Positions 47,514 through 55,798 of a stretch of DNA of 64,000 nucleotides are shown here, piece after piece. Source of the DNA: Solirubrobacteraceae bacterium (GTDB lineage: Bacteria; Actinomycetota; Thermoleophilia; Solirubrobacterales; Solirubrobacteraceae); assembly GCA_035939315.1 (NCBI GenBank), contig DASZFZ010000050.1:3370-67369 (forward strand), in the 5' to 3' direction. The translations under genes and the position numbers were made by a program. Every line of letters begins with the position of its first letter. Positions within the stretch are counted from its first letter, which is position 1. The notes beneath the pieces are model-generated. The model was not told the origin of the DNA, ran no database searches, and saw only the letters and a program-made list of their open reading frames with translations.

Positions 47514-48256
47514 TCCTCCAGGAGGAAGTCGAAGACGGCGTAGGCGATCAGCCCGAACACCAGATCATAGAGCCCGAGCGTGAGCAGCCAGCGCAATGCC
47601 GGCGCGCCCACGTGCGCCTGCACGAACAGCGGCGAGCTCGCGCGCGCGGCGCCGATCACGACCGGCACGAACAGCGGCAGCGCCAGCAGCGGCCCCAGCA
47701 GGTCCCGCGCGCGGGTCTGGACCGCGAGCGCCGCGACGAGCGTGCCGATCACCGCCACGCCCACGTCGGCCAGCGCGAGCGTCGCGATCAGGCCGGGCAG
47801 GGCGGGGCCGAGCGGCGTCCCGAGCAGCAGCAGCCCGAAGGCGGGCACGGCGATCAGCTCCAGCACGGCCAGGTAGGCCAGCAGCGTGAGCGCCTTGGCG
47901 AGGAACATCGCGCTGCGGTCGACGGGCGCCAGCAGGAAGGCGTCGAAGCCGCCCTGGTCGGCGTCGACCACGAACAGCCGGTTGACGCCGAGGATCGCGG
48001 CGAACAGCAGCGTCACCCACAGCGTGCCGGCCGCCAGGTCGCCTTCGACGCTGCCGCGGTTGAGCGCGAAGTGGAACACGACGAACGTGCTGAGCGCGAA
48101 CAGCGACATGCCGGGGACCGACTCGAGCGTGCGCAGCTCGACCAGCAGCTCCTTGCGCAGCAGCGCCGCGACGGTCCGCCACAGCCCCGGCGGGCGCGGC
48201 CCGGGCGTCCGCGGCGCGGGGGCATCGGACGCGCTCGCGGTCGCCGGGGGGCTCAC
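47510..48256 (-). CDS. ccmB: heme exporter protein B (CcmB, ABC permease)
   Basis: Polytopic 248 aa protein between ccmA and ccmC, with a CcmB-like LRKELLVELRTLES N-terminal region. GTGA overlap with ccmA. Confidence 0.7.
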   Translation of the reverse strand: MSPPATASASDAPAPRTPGPRPPGLWRTVAALLRKELLVELRTLESVPGMSLFALSTFVVFHFALNRGSVEGDLAAGTLWVTLLFAAILGVNRLFVVDADQGGFDAFLLAPVDRSAMFLAKALTLLAYLAVLELIAVPAFGLLLLGTPLGPALPGLIATLALADVGVAVIGTLVAALAVQTRARDLLGPLLALPLFVPVVIGAARASSPLFVQAHVGAPALRWLLTLGLYDLVFGLIAYAVFDFLLED

Positions 48257-48930
48257 CGGTAGAGCCCCCCGATCTCCTCACTGCTGACGTTCGCGGCCGC
48301 ATCGAGCAGCGCGCGCCTGCCCGCGCGCAGGCCGAGCACGACGTCGGCCTCGGCCAGGCCCCCGCTGGGGTCGTGGCTGCAGATCACGCGCGTGCGCTCG
48401 GAGGTTGCTCCGATCAGCGGCGCCACGAGCTCCACCGCGGCCGGATCGAGGTTCGCGTAGGGCTCGTCGAGCAGCAGCAGCTCGGGGTCGTGCAGCACGC
48501 ACCGCGCCACCGCCACGCGCTGGACCATGCCGCGCGAGAGCTCGCGCAGCGGCTCGTCGCCGCGCGCCTCCATCGCCACGTCCGCCAGCACTTCCTCCAC
48601 GCGCGGCTCGGCGACCCCGTGCAGGCGCGCGTGGAAGCGCAGGTTCTCGCGCGCGGTCAGCTCGCGGTAGAGCAGCGGCTCGTGCGTGAGCACCCCCAGC
48701 CGCCCGCGCACCTGCCAGCCCTGTCCCGGCAGCTCGCTGTCGAGCACGCGCACGCTGCCGGCGTGCGGGCGCAGCAGCGTCGCCAGCACGCGCAGCAGGG
48801 TCGTCTTGCCGGCGCCGTTGGGGCCGAACACGACCAGCGTCTGCCCGCGCTCCAGCGTGAAGGCGACGTCGCTCAGCGCCTCGCGCTCGCCGAACAGTCG
48901 AGTGAGCCCCTCGACCTCGAGCGCGGCCAT
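48253..48930 (-). CDS. ccmA: heme ABC exporter ATP-binding protein CcmA
   Basis: ATG 48930. Walker A GPNGAGKTT, signature LSRGMVQR, Walker B LLLLDEP. Confidence 0.8.
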   Translation of the reverse strand: MAALEVEGLTRLFGEREALSDVAFTLERGQTLVVFGPNGAGKTTLLRVLATLLRPHAGSVRVLDSELPGQGWQVRGRLGVLTHEPLLYRELTARENLRFHARLHGVAEPRVEEVLADVAMEARGDEPLRELSRGMVQRVAVARCVLHDPELLLLDEPYANLDPAAVELVAPLIGATSERTRVICSHDPSGGLAEADVVLGLRAGRRALLDAAANVSSEEIGGLYR

Positions 48931-49130
48931 GCGGGCATCGTATCCGCAAGCGCCTGGCCGGGCGGGGCCGCGCCCTCCGCGCGCGCGTGCGCCAAATTGG
49001 CCAACCGGCGCCGCGAAGTTTGGACGGCGCCGCCGCCGCGGCACGCAACTATGACTATGTCAGTTCTGTTTTTTAGGACGCGACACACATCCTGGACTTT
49101 GGTCCGAAACGGCGCACAGAGGTTTGCACG

Positions 49131-49289
49131 ATGAAACACAGAGATTGGCCCCCGGAGCCGCCGGCGGCCGCCGAGACCGTCGTCCGGGCGGTCAGAGAGC
49201 TCGACGCGAGCACCGAGGACCAGCGCGACGCGCTGCTATACGACCTCGTCAGCACCGCCTGGGGCTGCATCTGGGCGCTGGACCAGTGA
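49131..49289 (+). CDS. candidate 52-codon small ORF (hypothetical)
   Basis: ATG preceded by AGAGG 7 nt upstream. High GC3 after the first codons. Lies in the 374-nt spacer between ccmA and sirC. Not in the track (under 60 aa). Confidence 0.25.
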   Translation: MKHRDWPPEPPAAAETVVRAVRELDASTEDQRDALLYDLVSTAWGCIWALDQ

Positions 49290-49304
49290 CGCGCTGAACG
49301 CGGG

Positions 49305-50054
49305 TCAGACGCGCAGCGCGTGCGCGTCCTGTGCGCGGGCGATCAGCTCGCGCACGGCCTGCTCTCCGTCCGGGCCGCGCTCGAGCAGCGCGATCGGGTC
49401 GGGGTCGCCGCCGACGATGCCCTCGAAGAACTCCTTGCGCTCCTGGTAGGTCGGCAGCGTGCCCTTGGCCCAGCCGCGCGCCTCGTTGAGCAGCACCGCC
49501 AGGCGCGCGTAGGAGACGCCGAACTGGGCTTCGATCTCGCGCTTCATGCGCTTGGCGAGCGCCGGCGAGGCGCCGGCCGTGGAGATCGCGATCGCCAGCG
49601 GTCCCATGCGCACGATCGCCGGCAGGATGAAGTTGCACAGCGGCGGCACGTCGACGACGTTGACGAGCATCGCGCGGGCCTCGGCGTCCTCGTAGACGGC
49701 GATGTTGACGTCCGTGTCGTCGGTCGCGGCGATCGCCATGAACGCGCCCTCCAGGTCGGCGGCGCCCGCGTACTCGCGCCGCTCCCAGGCGATCGAGCCC
49801 TCGCGCGCGTGCTGCTCGAGCGCCGGCTCGGCGGCCGGCGCGATCAGCGTCACGTTGGCGTCGCACGCGAGCAGGCCCTCGACCTTCTCCAGGCCGATCT
49901 CGCCGCCGCCGATCACCACGCAGCGCCGGCCGCTGAGCTTCAGGCAGGCGATGTAGAAGGGGGTGTCGAGCATCCCCCGCACACAGCTCTGGTCGCAGAT
50001 GCCGCGGCGCAGCTGGCACACGCACTCCTTGCCGGCATACGCTTGGGCGGGCAT
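49305..50054 (-). CDS. precorrin-2 dehydrogenase / sirohydrochlorin ferrochelatase (siroheme synthase N-terminal-domain type)
   Basis: [23 protein letters not shown] Rossmann motif and SirC/Met8-like length. An alternative start at ATG 49973 would remove a Cys-rich 27-aa leader. Confidence 0.75.
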   Translation of the reverse strand: MPAQAYAGKECVCQLRRGICDQSCVRGMLDTPFYIACLKLSGRRCVVIGGGEIGLEKVEGLLACDANVTLIAPAAEPALEQHAREGSIAWERREYAGAADLEGAFMAIAATDDTDVNIAVYEDAEARAMLVNVVDVPPLCNFILPAIVRMGPLAIAISTAGASPALAKRMKREIEAQFGVSYARLAVLLNEARGWAKGTLPTYQERKEFFEGIVGGDPDPIALLERGPDGEQAVRELIARAQDAHALRV

Positions 50055-50057
50055 GGA

Positions 50058-51350
50058 CTAAGGGTAGCCCGCCGGTGACGTGGGCAGGTGACGCACGAGT
50101 CTCTTCGCGAGCTCTCGCTCGGCGTGCTCGAAGGCCGGCGCCATCAGCTCGATCGCTGCGTGCGTGAGCCCTGCCCACGCCGCCTGCTCTCGCCAGCGCT
50201 CCGTGCCGTCCAGTACCTCGCTGACGACGCCGAGCGCCTCTTGGCGTGAGAGGCGGAAGCAATCGGCTACCTGCAAGGCGGTGTCGATGCTTGCCACGGC
50301 GCTTCGCTCGTCGATCGCGGTTGCGAGCAGCTTCGTATCGCCTTCGGGGTTCGGGTTCAGGTCGAACGCCGGGGACAGCGTCCAGCCGGCGCTGCTCGTG
50401 CGAAGGAAACCGTGGTTTCGCAGGTGGTCGTCGGTGTTTGAGATCAGCACCGTGAACACGATCCTGCGCCACAGCTCCCGCAGGTCCTCGGCCGCGCGAG
50501 CCGAGCGCTCTTCGATCGCCTCGGCGATTTCGAGGTAGCTGCCCCGATCTCCGTCACGGGCGCTCAACAGCGTCATCGCGCTCGCATATCCGACACGCCG
50601 GTCCCCCTGGCGGTCGAAGCGCCGCACGACGAGCACCGGGCGCTTGGCGATCGTGTGCAGCTCGTGCGCCGGAACGCTCAGTCCGGCTCGCCGCGCGAGC
50701 TCGAGCGCGACCGCCTCCCATCTGATCACGTCCCACGCGTCGCGCTCGTAGGATGGGAACTTCGCGATCGAGATCCTGCCTTTGGCGTCGAGCGCATGGG
50801 CCTTCGGTCGGGCGCCGCCGAGCGAGCTCGACCCGTGCAGGAGGAGCCGCAGGTCCTCAGCGCTGGGCTCGTCGCGTTCCAGCTCCTCCGCCGCGTGCAG
50901 CAACCGCGGCAGGTCGACCAGGTGAGGCACTCCGTGGACCTCGGGGGACAGGTACTCGTCGTGGCCCGTCCCCTGGAAGCGAAGCGCTCCCTGCCGCAGG
51001 TCGTCGCGGACGCCGAGCAGGAAGTCGAGCTCCGAGAGGCTGCGGGGCGCGCGTTCCTCCTCGCGAGCGCGGTGCTGCTCGGCACGGAGCACGAGGGCCC
51101 GCCCCCAACTGTCAGGGGCGCAGTCGCTGAACGCGCCGAACAGCGCCTGGCCCACGGCTGTCTGCTGCTGGCCCTCGAAGTCACCGAGCGCCGGGTCCAG
51201 CTCGTAGCCGTCGGGGCGGCGGAGGTATTCGGGGAGGTACGAGAACGTCGCCGACTCGCTGCGACCGTGCCGGTGGGTCCAAAGCCGTCCGGCGGGGACG
51301 TCCTCGCCGGCGATCTGGACGCTCACGCGGATCGGCTGCTGCTCAGCCAT
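50058..51350 (-). CDS. hipA: HipA family serine/threonine kinase toxin
   Basis: SSLGGARPKA, VLISNTDDHLRNHGFL catalytic motif, and N-terminal coupling domain. Overlaps hipB by 8 nt. Confidence 0.9.
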   Translation of the reverse strand: MAEQQPIRVSVQIAGEDVPAGRLWTHRHGRSESATFSYLPEYLRRPDGYELDPALGDFEGQQQTAVGQALFGAFSDCAPDSWGRALVLRAEQHRAREEERAPRSLSELDFLLGVRDDLRQGALRFQGTGHDEYLSPEVHGVPHLVDLPRLLHAAEELERDEPSAEDLRLLLHGSSSLGGARPKAHALDAKGRISIAKFPSYERDAWDVIRWEAVALELARRAGLSVPAHELHTIAKRPVLVVRRFDRQGDRRVGYASAMTLLSARDGDRGSYLEIAEAIEERSARAAEDLRELWRRIVFTVLISNTDDHLRNHGFLRTSSAGWTLSPAFDLNPNPEGDTKLLATAIDERSAVASIDTALQVADCFRLSRQEALGVVSEVLDGTERWREQAAWAGLTHAAIELMAPAFEHAERELAKRLVRHLPTSPAGYP

Positions 51351-51681
51351 CGGCGCTCAACCGCTTTGACCTGACGCGCTCGGGAAGCTCTTGCTCGGCG
51401 CGCAGACGCCCGATGTCGCTGTTGAAGGGGTCGAGCGCGTCGGTCACGAGCCGCGCGACTCCGAGCGCGCGGAGGATCCGCAGCACGTTCTCGAGGCTCG
51501 CGCCCCCCTCGCCCGCCTCCAGCCGCCTGACGACGCCCAGGGAGACCCCGGCGCGCTCGGCGACTTGCGCTTGGGTCAGGCCACGGAGGCGGCGCCATCG
51601 AGACGCGCTGTCGCCGACTTCGCCGATCGACCGGCGGACAGCCAGAGGCGTGAAATCGCGCGAGCGTCTCTTAGAATCCAT
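51343..51681 (-). CDS. hipB: HipB-like XRE-family HTH antitoxin
   Basis: LRGLTQAQVAERAGVSLGVVRRLEAG helix-turn-helix, directly upstream of hipA. Confidence 0.85.
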   Translation of the reverse strand: MDSKRRSRDFTPLAVRRSIGEVGDSASRWRRLRGLTQAQVAERAGVSLGVVRRLEAGEGGASLENVLRILRALGVARLVTDALDPFNSDIGRLRAEQELPERVRSKRLSADG

Positions 51682-51697
51682 ATAGAGACAATTATCG

Positions 51698-51717
51698 CAT
51701 ATAAAGATCTATATATG
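51698..51717. promoter_or_regulatory. imperfect 20-bp palindrome centred on GATC in the AT-rich hipBA promoter region (candidate HipB operator)
   Basis: CATATAAAGATCTATATATG, 18 of 20 positions self-complementary. On the coding strand, TTCATA-17 nt-GATAAT promoter-like hexamers overlap it. Confidence 0.5.
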
Positions 51718-51741
51718 AATTCTTATTGCTTCCAGGGGGCG

Positions 51742-53316
51742 CTAGGCTCGCGGCAGGCCGCGTCCGAACGCGCGCGCGCCGACGCGCACGAGCGAGAGGG
51801 CGCCCTCTCGCCAGGCGCGCTCGTGGTCGGCTTCGCGGCTCGAGCGCAGCTTGGCGACGGTGCGCAGCGCGCGGGCGCTGGTGTCGTCGTAGGGGCCCCA
51901 CCACAGGCCGCGCACGCGCGGCGGGTCCCACGTGATCAGCTTCTCCTGGGCGCACGCGCGCAGGCCCGCCTGCCCGAGCGTGCGCCCGAGGCCGCCTCCG
52001 GCGGCGGCGCCCCACGGCCCGCGCGAGACCGTCGGCCCGGGGAGGTGGTCGTTCAGCCACACCATCCCGGCGTGCAGCGCGCGCGCGATGCGCAGCCCCT
52101 GGTAGCGGTCGGCCGTCCAGATCGACGCGCCCAGGCCGTAGTCGCCGCGGTTGGCCGCGCGGATCGCCTCGTCGATCGAGTCGACCGGGCTCACGACCAG
52201 CACCGGCCCGTCGATCGGCTCGCGCGCGATGCGCATGTCCTCGCTCACGCCGCTCAGCACGGCCGGCGCGTAGAAGCTGCCCGCCTCGCAGCCGGGCGGG
52301 TGCACGGGGCCGCCGCAGTGAAGGCGCGCGCCCTCGGCGACGGCCTCCTCGACGAGCTCGTGCACGTGCGCGGCGCGCCTTGGCGAGGCCAGCGGGCCGA
52401 GCTGCACGCGGGCGTCGGCCGGATCGCCGACCGTCACCCGCTGCGCGGCCGCCACCAGCGCGGCGAGGAAGCGCTCGTGGACCTCGCGGGCCACGTACAC
52501 GCGCTCGATCGCGCCGCGCGCCTGGCCGGCGCCCGCGCAGCCCGCCCACAGCGCGCCGGCGACGGCGCGGCGCAGGTGCGCGTCGGCGAGCACCAGCATC
52601 GCGTCCTTGCCGCCGAGCTCCACGGTCACCTCCTTCTCGCCCGAGACGCAGGCGCGCGCGACCACGCGCCCTACGGCCGGCGAGCCCGTGAACAGCACCT
52701 TCTGGACCTGCCCCTGGGCCAGCGCGACGCCCACGTCGGCGTCGCCGTGGACGACCCGCACGAGTCCCTCCGGCAGCCCGGCGCGCGCGAGCACGCGTGC
52801 GATCCGCTCGCCCGCCAGGCAGGCGCGCGCAGCGGGCTTGAAGACGACGCCGTTGCCCGCCAGCAGGGCCCCGGCGATCTGGCCGAGGGGCTGGGCGAAG
52901 GGGGCGCTGCCGGCGCCGATCACGCCGACGACGCCGTAGGGCTCATAGGCGATGCTCGCGCGCTTCAGCGGCGCCAGCGAGCGCGTCACGGACACCCTCC
53001 TGGATCCCAGCTGCCGCGCCCCGTCCTCGGCGATCCAGCGCAGCGCGTCGATGCTGGCGAGCAGCTCGAGCGCCGCGACCTCGGCGCGCGGGCGGCCCTG
53101 CTCGCGGCCGAGCGCCTCGCGCAGCTCGTCGAAGTCGTCGATCACCGCCTGGGCCATGCGCGCCATGTAGCGCGCGCGGTCCTGCAGGCGCAGCAGCGCC
53201 CACAGCGGCTGCACCTTGGCGACCGCCTCGACGACCTCGCCGACGCGCTCGGGCGGCGTCGGCGTGACGCTGCCGAGCACGGCGCCGGTGGCGGGGTCGC
53301 GCGCCGTCAGGCTCAT
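51742..53316 (-). CDS. NAD(P)-dependent aldehyde dehydrogenase family protein (with ~60 aa C-terminal extension)
   Basis: VTVELGGKDAMLV (ELGGK), FTGSPAVGR, and catalytic Cys region GAGQARGAIERVYV-like. Confidence 0.8.
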   Translation of the reverse strand: MSLTARDPATGAVLGSVTPTPPERVGEVVEAVAKVQPLWALLRLQDRARYMARMAQAVIDDFDELREALGREQGRPRAEVAALELLASIDALRWIAEDGARQLGSRRVSVTRSLAPLKRASIAYEPYGVVGVIGAGSAPFAQPLGQIAGALLAGNGVVFKPAARACLAGERIARVLARAGLPEGLVRVVHGDADVGVALAQGQVQKVLFTGSPAVGRVVARACVSGEKEVTVELGGKDAMLVLADAHLRRAVAGALWAGCAGAGQARGAIERVYVAREVHERFLAALVAAAQRVTVGDPADARVQLGPLASPRRAAHVHELVEEAVAEGARLHCGGPVHPPGCEAGSFYAPAVLSGVSEDMRIAREPIDGPVLVVSPVDSIDEAIRAANRGDYGLGASIWTADRYQGLRIARALHAGMVWLNDHLPGPTVSRGPWGAAAGGGLGRTLGQAGLRACAQEKLITWDPPRVRGLWWGPYDDTSARALRTVAKLRSSREADHERAWREGALSLVRVGARAFGRGLPRA

Positions 53317-53325
53317 CCCCCGCGA

Positions 53326-54654
53326 TTATTCACGATCGGCCCCACGGGCCCGGCGAATTTCCGCCAGGCGCGCCGCGAGCCGCGCCTCGGCCTCGTCGGG
53401 CTCGTAGAAGCGCGCGCCCTCCACGCCGCCCGGCAGCAGCTGCTGGGAGGAGAGATGGCCAGGGTGGGAGTGCGGGTTGTCATAGCCGCCGACGTCCTGC
53501 CCCGGGCGGGGGCCCGAGCGCAGCCAGGTGGGCGCGGGCGCGGCGCCGTGCTCGCGCACGTGGCGCTGCGCCGCTCCCAGCGCGCGCCCGGCGGCGTTCG
53601 ACTTGGGCGCGAGCGCCAGGTAGATGGCGGTCTGCGCGAGCGCGTAGCGCGCCTCGGGCAGGCCCACGTGCTCGACCGCCTGGGCCGCCGCGGTCGCCAC
53701 GCCGAGCGCGGCCGGGTCGGCGTTGCCGACGTCCTCGGAGGCCAGGATGATCATGCGCCGGACGATGAAGCGCGGGTCCTCGCCGCCCTCGAGCATCGCC
53801 GCCAGGTAGTAGAGCGAGGCGTCCGGGTCCGAGCCGCGCGTCGCCTTGATCCAGGCCGAGATGTAGTCGTAGTGGCGGTCGCCGCGTTTGTCGTAGAGGA
53901 CCGCGCGACGTTGCAGCGCGTCCTCGGCGCGCGCGAGCGTCACGCGAGGCTCGCCGAGCTGCGCGGCGGTCTGCGCGGCGAGCTCGAGCGCGCCGAGCGC
54001 GGTGCGCGCGTCGCCTTCGCTGCGCGCCGCCAGGAACGCGCCCGCGGCGTCCTCGACCTCGACCGCGAGCGCCTCGGCGGCGCGGCGCAGCACCGTCTCG
54101 ATCTCCTGCGGGGACAGAGCCTGCAGCGCGTACACGCGCAGGCGCGAGAGCAGCGCGCCGTTCACCTCGAACGCGGGGTTCTCGGTGGTGGCGCCGATCA
54201 GCGTCACGAGCCCCTCCTCGACGGCCGGCAGCAGGGCGTCCTGCTGGGCCTTGTTGAAGCGGTGGATCTCGTCGAGGAACAGCACGGTCGCGCCCGCGCC
54301 GGTGTCGCGGCGGTGGGCGGCGCGCTCGATCACCGCGCGCACCTCGGCGCGCCCGGCGGCCACCGCGCTCAGCTCCTCGAAGGCTCCGCCCGAGCGCTCG
54401 GCGACGATCCGCGCGAGCGTCGTCTTGCCCGAGCCGGGCGGCCCGTAGAGCACCATCGAGTGGGCGTGGCCCTGCTCGATCGCCGTGCGCAGCGCCGAGC
54501 CGGGCGCGAGCAGGTGTGACTGGCCGACGAAGTCGGCGAGCCCGCGCGGGCGCATGCGAACCGCCAGCGGCGCGCGCTCCGGGGTCTGCGCGGCGCCGGC
54601 TCGCCCGGGTCCCGCGGAGGCGACGTCTGAGACCTCGTCGAACAGGGAATCCAC
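53326..54654 (-). CDS. rarA: replication-associated recombination protein A (AAA+ ATPase RarA/MgsA)
   Basis: MRPRGLADFVGQSHLL, Walker A GPPGSGKTT, FLDEIHRFNKAQQD, C-terminal MgsA domain. The GTG 54654 start is chosen because upstream codons are low-complexity; it is uncertain. Confidence 0.85.
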   Translation of the reverse strand: MDSLFDEVSDVASAGPGRAGAAQTPERAPLAVRMRPRGLADFVGQSHLLAPGSALRTAIEQGHAHSMVLYGPPGSGKTTLARIVAERSGGAFEELSAVAAGRAEVRAVIERAAHRRDTGAGATVLFLDEIHRFNKAQQDALLPAVEEGLVTLIGATTENPAFEVNGALLSRLRVYALQALSPQEIETVLRRAAEALAVEVEDAAGAFLAARSEGDARTALGALELAAQTAAQLGEPRVTLARAEDALQRRAVLYDKRGDRHYDYISAWIKATRGSDPDASLYYLAAMLEGGEDPRFIVRRMIILASEDVGNADPAALGVATAAAQAVEHVGLPEARYALAQTAIYLALAPKSNAAGRALGAAQRHVREHGAAPAPTWLRSGPRPGQDVGGYDNPHSHPGHLSSQQLLPGGVEGARFYEPDEAEARLAARLAEIRRARGADRE

Positions 54655-54786
54655 GGAAGTAGTATCAATGGTAGGAGAAACGCCCAATTTGCGGTCTCGG
54701 AGGTCGACAGGGCCCCGCGTCGAAGCAATAGCTTCCACGCAGCGGGCGTTTTCGACCCGGGGATCAAGCAGGAGAGAACATCGAAG

Positions 54787-55764
54787 ATGAGCGCCAGCGC
54801 GGCTGAGGTTCTGCCATCCGGAGGGGGAGCTCTGGAATTCCTGGACCTGGGCGGGGAGGTCGCGGCGCGCTCCCCGCTGCAGCTGTTCTGGCGGCGCCTG
54901 CGCCAGGATCGCGTGGCGCTCGCCTCGCTTTCGTTCATCGTGTTTCTGATCGTCATCGCGCTCGCGGCGCCGCTGGTCGTGAGCATCCTCGGGCTGCCGG
55001 GCCCGAACGTGCAGAACCTGACCCTCACGAACTCCTTCGGCTCGCCGCTCGGGCCGAGCCTCGCGCACCCCTTCGGCGTCGACTCGCTCGGCGAGGACGT
55101 GGCCTCGCGCGTGATCTACGGCACGCGGGTGGCCCTCGAGGTCGGCATCATCGGCACCGGCATCTCGACCGTGTTCGGCGTCGTCGGCGGCCTCCTGGCC
55201 GGCTTCTACCGCGGCTGGGTCGACATGCTGCTGTCGCGCTCGGCCGACGTCGTGCTGTCGATCCCGATCCTGTTCCTGGGGCTGGGGATCGGCGACGCCT
55301 GCGCCGTGCACGGCTGCGTCAAAGGCGTGATCCAGCCTGGCCTGGGGACCATAGTCTTCGTCGTGGTCTTGGCCAACTCCCCATATGTCTTTCGCATCAT
55401 TCGTGGTCTCGTACTATCTATGCGCGAGCGCGAGTTCGTCGAGGCCTCCCGGGCGCTCGGAGCGTCTGACCGGCGAATCATGTTCCGTGAGATCCTGCCC
55501 AACCTGACGGCGCCGATCATCGTCTACGCGAGCGTGCTCGTGCCCACGAACATCCTGCTGGAGGCGTCGCTGTCGTTCCTCGGCGTGGGCATTCGTCCGC
55601 CGACGGCCAGCTGGGGCCAGATGATCTCCTCGGCGGCGCCGATCTTCAACACCGCATGGTGGTACTTCTTCTTCCCCGGCCTGGCGCTCCTGCTCACGGT
55701 GCTGGCCTTCAATCTGCTGGGCGACGGGCTGCAGGACGCCCTGAACCCGAGGAACGCCCGATGA
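54787..55764 (+). CDS. peptide/nickel ABC transporter permease (DppC/OppC type)
   Basis: Six TM segments, EAA-like loop EFVEASRALGASDRRIMFREILPN. Confidence 0.85.
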   Translation: MSASAAEVLPSGGGALEFLDLGGEVAARSPLQLFWRRLRQDRVALASLSFIVFLIVIALAAPLVVSILGLPGPNVQNLTLTNSFGSPLGPSLAHPFGVDSLGEDVASRVIYGTRVALEVGIIGTGISTVFGVVGGLLAGFYRGWVDMLLSRSADVVLSIPILFLGLGIGDACAVHGCVKGVIQPGLGTIVFVVVLANSPYVFRIIRGLVLSMREREFVEASRALGASDRRIMFREILPNLTAPIIVYASVLVPTNILLEASLSFLGVGIRPPTASWGQMISSAAPIFNTAWWYFFFPGLALLLTVLAFNLLGDGLQDALNPRNAR

Positions 55765-55798
55765 GGGCGAATCGGTACACGACAGAGGAGGCGTCCCA

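Noticed and set aside
53326-55311. A 219-codon N-terminal extension of rarA in the track ORF.
   Set aside because: The extension is His/Arg/Asp-rich low complexity, has no RarA homology, and runs antisense through the divergent permease gene. RarA-like sequence starts near GTG 54654.
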